Shown: in pieces, positions 16,183 to 20,752 of the stretch | Layout: each line of letters starts with the position of its first letter | Numbering within the stretch: the first letter of the stretch is position 1 | Origin: Candidatus Krumholzibacteriia bacterium | Lineage (GTDB): Bacteria; Krumholzibacteriota; Krumholzibacteriia; LZORAL124-64-63 | Length of the DNA stretch: 20,752 nt | Direction: 5' to 3' | NCBI GenBank assembly: GCA_036351155.1 | Contig: JAZBOO010000152.1 | Span: forward strand, 1-20,752 | Position numbers and translations under genes: made by a program | Notes under the pieces: generated by a model | Databases searched by the model: none | Seen by the model: the letters and a program-made list of their open reading frames with translations, nothing else | Told to the model about the DNA's origin: nothing

Positions 16183-18003
16183 CTATTCCACGGTCACGGC
16201 CTTGGCCAGGTTGCGTGGCTGATCCACGTCCTCGCCGCGAAACACCGCGATGTGATAGGCCAGCAGCTGCAGCGGAATCACCGACAGCAACGGCTGCCAG
16301 AAGTTCTGACAATCGGGAATGGTGATCACGTGGTCGCTCAGCGCCACGATGTCCACGTCTCCCTCGGTCACGATGCTGATGATCTTGCCGTCCCGGGCCC
16401 GGACTTCCTGCACGTTGCCCACGATCTTGTCGTAGCTGCCGTCCTTGGTGGCGATGACCACCACCGGCATGTCGGGATCGATCAGGGCGATGGGTCCGTG
16501 CTTCATCTCGGCGGCCGGGTAGCCCTCGGCGTGGATGTAGCTGATTTCCTTGAGCTTGAGCGCACCCTCCAGGGCGATGGGGAAGTTGGCCCCGCGCCCG
16601 AGGTACAGGCAGTTGCGGTGCCCGGCGTAGACCTTGGCGATCTCCTTGATGGCATCGGACTGGTCCAGAACGCTCTGCACCAGATCCGGGATCCGCTCCA
16701 GCTCCTGCAGCATTTTCTTGCCGCGGTCGGCGTTCAGGATGTTGCGCCGCCCCAGCAGGATGGCAAACAGGGCCAGGATGGTCACCTGCCCGGTGAAGGC
16801 CTTGGTGGAGGCCACCCCGATCTCGGGGCCGGCGTGGATGTACACCCCGCACTCGCTTTCGCGGGCAATGGTCGAACCCACCACGTTGGTGATGCCCATG
16901 ATCTTGGCGCCCTTGCGGCTCGCCTCGCGCATGGCCTCGAGGGTGTCGATGGTCTCGCCCGACTGACTGAGCACCAGACAAAGGGTCCCCGGCTCGATGA
17001 TCGGCGAACGGTACCGGAACTCACTGGCGTACTCCACCTCGACGGGGATGTGCGCGTACTCCTCGATCAGGTACTCACCCACCAGCCCTGCATGCCAGGA
17101 TGTGCCACAGGCCAGAATGATGATGCGCCTGATGTTCCGCAGTTCCCAGTCCGTCAGCTGGATGCCGCCGAGCTTCACGTCGCCCACCTCGGGCAGGATA
17201 CGGCCCCGGAAGGCATCGCGGATGGTCTGAGGCTGCTCGAAGATCTCCTTGAGCATGAAGTGCTCGTAGCCACCCTTCTGGATCTGATCCAGATCCCAGG
17301 TGATCTGCTGGATCTCCTTCTTGATGGTCTCGTTCTTGATGTTCATGGTCTTGATCCCGCCGGGGGTCAGCGTGACCATTTCCCCGTCATCGAGGTAGAT
17401 GACGTTGCGGGTGTGCCCCATGATGGCCGCCACGTCGGAGGCCAGATAGTTCTCCCCATCGCCCACGCCCACGACCAGCGGGCTGCCCTTGCGCGCGCCC
17501 ACGATCAGGTCGGGATGGTTCTTGTGCGTCACCGCGATCCCGAAGGCTCCCTCGACCACGCCCAGAGCTTTCTGGACGGCAGCCGTGAGATCGTCCACGT
17601 AGAATTCTTCGATGAGATGAACCAGGACCTCGGTGTCGGTGTCGGACTGGAATGTGTGCCCCTGCTTGGTCAGCTGAACCTTCAGGGCCCCGTAGTTCTC
17701 GATGATGCCGTTGTGCACCAGGGCCACATCGCCGGCCTGATGGGGGTGGGCATTGACCTCGTTGGGAGCGCCGTGCGTGGCCCAGCGGGTGTGGGCAATA
17801 CCGCAGGTGCCGGACAGGTCCACTCCCTTGATCTTCGCCTCCAGGTTCTTGATCTTGCCCTTTTCCTTGATCACCAGGGGACCTTCGGGCTTGTTGATGG
17901 CAATGCCCGCACTGTCATAGCCCCGGTACTCCAGGCGCTTCAGGCCTTCGATCAGGATGGCCGCCGCGTTTTCGTTTCCCGTCACTCCGACGATTCCACA
18001 CAT
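16183..18003 (-). CDS. glmS: Glutamine--fructose-6-phosphate transaminase (isomerizing)
   Basis: MCGIVG N-terminus, LEYRGYDSAG, HTRWATHG, VHNGIIEN, SQSGET, GPEIGVASTKAF, EGALKLKEISY, EMKHGP, DQPRNLAKAVTVE. GGAGGG RBS. Confidence 0.99.
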   Translation of the reverse strand: MCGIVGVTGNENAAAILIEGLKRLEYRGYDSAGIAINKPEGPLVIKEKGKIKNLEAKIKGVDLSGTCGIAHTRWATHGAPNEVNAHPHQAGDVALVHNGIIENYGALKVQLTKQGHTFQSDTDTEVLVHLIEEFYVDDLTAAVQKALGVVEGAFGIAVTHKNHPDLIVGARKGSPLVVGVGDGENYLASDVAAIMGHTRNVIYLDDGEMVTLTPGGIKTMNIKNETIKKEIQQITWDLDQIQKGGYEHFMLKEIFEQPQTIRDAFRGRILPEVGDVKLGGIQLTDWELRNIRRIIILACGTSWHAGLVGEYLIEEYAHIPVEVEYASEFRYRSPIIEPGTLCLVLSQSGETIDTLEAMREASRKGAKIMGITNVVGSTIARESECGVYIHAGPEIGVASTKAFTGQVTILALFAILLGRRNILNADRGKKMLQELERIPDLVQSVLDQSDAIKEIAKVYAGHRNCLYLGRGANFPIALEGALKLKEISYIHAEGYPAAEMKHGPIALIDPDMPVVVIATKDGSYDKIVGNVQEVRARDGKIISIVTEGDVDIVALSDHVITIPDCQNFWQPLLSVIPLQLLAYHIAVFRGEDVDQPRNLAKAVTVE

Positions 18004-18080
18004 ACAAGATCCCTCCAGGAATCAGGTGAAGGGCCCGAGGCCCCGAAAGTCACCAATAGACACGGGCACATGGCGCCCGA

Positions 18081-19415
18081 TTACAAGTTCGTCTTGATCG
18101 TCTCAATCAGATCGGCCGCGGCCGCCTCATCTTGAGCCTCGGCAATGATCCGCACCACGGGCTCGGTGTTGGAGGCCCGCACATGAACCCAGCCGTCGGC
18201 CCCGGTCCACTTGATCCCATCCCGCTTGTCCACCTCGCCAGGGCCCAGGGCCTCGAGGATACGCTGCAGGGTTTCCCCGGCCGGCAGTCCCTCGGCGGTG
18301 ATCTTGGTTTTCAGCATGCACACCGGCGGCAGGGCGTCGGCCATGGCGCTCAGCGTTTGGCCCTTTTCCGCCACCGCCTGCAGGATCATGGCAATCCCCA
18401 CCAGGGCATCTCGGCCGGCATGGATGGTGGGGTAAATGACCCCTCCGTTGCCCTCCCCGCCCAGGATGCAGTCCTCCTTCAGGATGGTCTCGACCACGTT
18501 GGCCTCGCCCACGGGGGTCCGGAACACCCGGCAACCATGACCTGCGGCCACCTTTTCGATCAAGCCCGTGGTGGACAGATTGACCGCCATGGAGCCCGGC
18601 GTCTTGCCCAGCAGGAAGTCTGCGGCCAGCGCCAGGGTCATCTCCTCGCTCAGGGCCCGCCCATTTTCATCGACCAGAGCCAGGCGATCCACATCGGGAT
18701 CCACGGCAAAACCCAGGTCGGCGCCCGTGTCCTTGATCCGGTCGCACAGGTCTTTCAGGTGGGCCGGGGTGGGCTCGGGGTCGTGAGGAAAATCGCCCGA
18801 CATTTCACAGAACAGCGGGGTGCAGCGCACACCCAGGATTTCCAGCAGACGGGGTACGATGCTGCCCCCGGCTCCCTCCACCGCATCGACCACCGCGTGC
18901 AGGTTGCGGCTGCGGATCTTGTCCACGTCCAGCCAGGGCATGGCGCACAGGGCGTCCAGATGTAGCTGGTCGGCACCGCCTTCGGCCACCACCTGGCCCA
19001 GCTGGTCCCAGGCCACGTGGCCGGTTTCATTTTCGTAGTGCTGCCGCACCTCGCGGTTCTGGGCGGCGGTCAGGAACAACCCATCGCCTTGCAAGAACTT
19101 CAACGCGTTCCACTGCTGAGGGTTATGGCTGGCCGTGATGATGATCCCACCCACGGCGTTGCTCTCCTGGACGGCCATCTCGGTGGTCGGAGTGGTGGCG
19201 ATGCCGATGTCCCGGACATCGTGGCCCGTGGACACCAGAGCACTGGCCACGGCGTCGAACACCATGGGGCCGCTGGGGCGGCTATCCCGGCCCACAACCA
19301 CGGGCCCGGCGGGCAGCCAGGCTCCCAGGGCGGATGCCCAGCGGGCGGCCGTCACGGCATCCAGTCCATCTCCAATGACTCCCCTGATTCCCGATACACT
19401 CACGCGCAGTGGCAA
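18081..19415 (-). CDS. glmM: Phosphoglucosamine mutase (phosphohexomutase family)
   Basis: SGIRG, GRDSR, ITASHNP (phosphoserine loop), DPDVDR (metal loop), PVGE, GGEGNGG, VRASNTEP. TTG start with AGGAGG RBS. The family is certain; GlmM specificity is inferred from adjacency to glmS. Confidence 0.85.
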   Translation of the reverse strand: MPLRVSVSGIRGVIGDGLDAVTAARWASALGAWLPAGPVVVGRDSRPSGPMVFDAVASALVSTGHDVRDIGIATTPTTEMAVQESNAVGGIIITASHNPQQWNALKFLQGDGLFLTAAQNREVRQHYENETGHVAWDQLGQVVAEGGADQLHLDALCAMPWLDVDKIRSRNLHAVVDAVEGAGGSIVPRLLEILGVRCTPLFCEMSGDFPHDPEPTPAHLKDLCDRIKDTGADLGFAVDPDVDRLALVDENGRALSEEMTLALAADFLLGKTPGSMAVNLSTTGLIEKVAAGHGCRVFRTPVGEANVVETILKEDCILGGEGNGGVIYPTIHAGRDALVGIAMILQAVAEKGQTLSAMADALPPVCMLKTKITAEGLPAGETLQRILEALGPGEVDKRDGIKWTGADGWVHVRASNTEPVVRIIAEAQDEAAAADLIETIKTNL

Positions 19416-19471
19416 CTTGTTTCCTCCTGAATTGAAGAAAGGGCCCCGACGAGCTTTGGTCGGGACTGGTC

Positions 19472-19480
19472 ATGGTAACA
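19472..19480 (-). promoter_or_regulatory. Possible extended -10 promoter for glmM-glmS
   Basis: Minus strand TGT-TACCAT just downstream of the terminator; no good -35 found. Confidence 0.3.
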
Positions 19481-19504
19481 GCACCTTGGGCGGGTCCATA
19501 GTAC

Positions 19505-19528
19505 AAAAAAACCTGCTGAGGCGCAGGC
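19505..19528 (-). terminator. Rho-independent terminator after the TPR gene
   Basis: Minus strand GCCTGC-GCCTCA-GCAGG followed by TTTTTTT, about 35 nt after the TPR gene stop. Confidence 0.75.
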
Positions 19529-19561
19529 GGAGTCGCATCGAGGGGCACAGTACAGGGCAAA

Positions 19562-20752
19562 TCAAAGCCCGGCCAGGCGCTCCCTGACCTCCTGGACGCG
19601 TTTGTGGTCCGCCGGCAGGGTCCCCTCCAGCACCTCCCGGGCCTGTTCCAGCAGGGTCCGCGCCTCGTCCTTGCGACCCGTTTCGTCGAGGATTTCCCCC
19701 AGCTTGACCCGAGTCCAGGCCGTGGTCGGATGCTGAGGCCCCAGTCGATCCACCCGGAGCTCCAGAGTGCGCCGAAAGAGCTTTTCGGCCTCGGCGAGCT
19801 CTCCGGCGACCCGATGGATTTCTCCCCGCAACTGCAAGGCTCCGGCCAGGCGTGAGCTGTCGTCCCCGAGCAAGCGGCGCACCACCCCGATACCTGCATC
19901 GGTGCGCCGGGCGGCCTCCTCCAGATCGCCCTGATCCAGCAGAATTCCCGCCAACCCCAGTTCGTTGGTCGCCGTGAAAACCATTTCTGGACCGAAATGT
20001 TTCATGGCGATAGCGAGGGCTTCCTCCTGACGCGCCCGAGCTTCCGGCAAGCGGCCCAGGGCGCGCAGGTTCCTCGCCATGTGCATCAGGGTGATCCCCA
20101 CGTTCTTGTGGTCCGTACCCAGAACCTGATGCTTGATGCTCAGAGCCTCCTCGTGCAAGGCCAGGGCTTCCTGATAGTGACCGAGGTCGCCCATCAACCA
20201 GCCCAGATCGTCAATACGGCCGGCGGTCATCCGATGACGCCCCAGATGTTCCTTCGCCGCCTCCACACATTCGCGCAGCAAGGGTTCCGCCTCCGTGTAG
20301 CGGCCCTGGCGCGTGTAGTTCAAGCCCAGCGTGCCCATGGCTTTGATCAGGTCAGGATGCTCGGGTGTCAGGGACCGTCGGCGAATTTCCAGGGCCTCGG
20401 CAAACAGGGGCTCGGCCTCGCGGAACTTGCCCACGAACTCCAGGGAACCGGCCAGCCCCATCAAGCTGTAGGCCACCGTGGGGTGATCCGCGTCGTAGTG
20501 CTTGCGGTCCAGGGCCAGCACCTCGCGCAGGAACGGCTCGGCCTCCGCGTGATCTCCGCGTTCCCGCAGGAGCAGCGAAAGGTTGAACAGGGTATTGGCG
20601 TACTCTGGGTGATCCTTGCCGAAATGGTCGGCATGAAAGGCCAGAGCCTCCCGAAAAAGAGGTTCGGCCTCGTCGCGCCGCCCCAGCTCCAGCAGCAACA
20701 GTGCCAGATCGTTCTGGCAGGTGGCGTAGGACGGATCCAGGGACCCTCCCTC
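19562..20752 (-). CDS. Tetratricopeptide-repeat protein (42-aa kinesin-light-chain-like TPRs), 5' part runs off the window
   Basis: The frame is open to base 20752 (EGGSLDPSYATCQNDLALLLLELGRRDEAE...). About nine tandem repeats of the type HP..A..L.NL..L....G...EAEPL.REAL. Confidence 0.92.
   Translation of the reverse strand, partial: EGGSLDPSYATCQNDLALLLLELGRRDEAEPLFREALAFHADHFGKDHPEYANTLFNLSLLLRERGDHAEAEPFLREVLALDRKHYDADHPTVAYSLMGLAGSLEFVGKFREAEPLFAEALEIRRRSLTPEHPDLIKAMGTLGLNYTRQGRYTEAEPLLRECVEAAKEHLGRHRMTAGRIDDLGWLMGDLGHYQEALALHEEALSIKHQVLGTDHKNVGITLMHMARNLRALGRLPEARARQEEALAIAMKHFGPEMVFTATNELGLAGILLDQGDLEEAARRTDAGIGVVRRLLGDDSSRLAGALQLRGEIHRVAGELAEAEKLFRRTLELRVDRLGPQHPTTAWTRVKLGEILDETGRKDEARTLLEQAREVLEGTLPADHKRVQEVRERLAGL

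Noticed and set aside
18004..18080. glmS ribozyme
   Set aside because: The spacer is only 77 nt and lacks the conserved AGCGCC...GACGAGG core; only a GCGCC is present.
256..18965. Many long plus-strand ORFs (e.g. 6722-8716, 12803-14386, 16252-18135, 3207-4622)
   Set aside because: They lie antisense to well-recognised genes, show no family motifs and are expected from GC-rich codon bias.
19282..19899. 205-aa minus-strand ORF bridging the TPR gene and glmM
   Set aside because: It overlaps both real genes out of frame, crosses a terminator and has no recognisable motif.

Overview
A GC-rich bacterial core-genome window with every supportable gene on the minus strand. In transcription order: a truncated TPR-repeat protein, a terminator, glmM, glmS, tRNA-Sec (selC, anticodon UCA), a YegS/DAG-kinase-family lipid kinase, a DUF5683-like membrane protein, lepA, lepB, hemW, hrcA, grpE, dnaJ, rsmE, a GatB/YqeY protein, cvpA, mutS2, dnaG and rpoD (truncated at the window start and absent from the ORF track). 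I see no integrase, transposase, CRISPR array or convincing new multi-gene system, and the long plus-strand ORFs are antisense shadows. The most interesting signals are small. (1) The heat-shock cluster has no dnaK and no CIRCE; instead a 10-bp-period repeat follows the hrcA promoter, and HrcA has a divergent recognition helix. (2) The tRNA-Sec has no selA/selB/selD nearby, a mismatched last acceptor pair, a leader complementary to its 3' GCC, and a following U-tract. (3) A palindrome and a perfect 13-bp direct repeat lie upstream of dnaG-rpoD. All protein calls come from motif recognition by eye; no database search was run.
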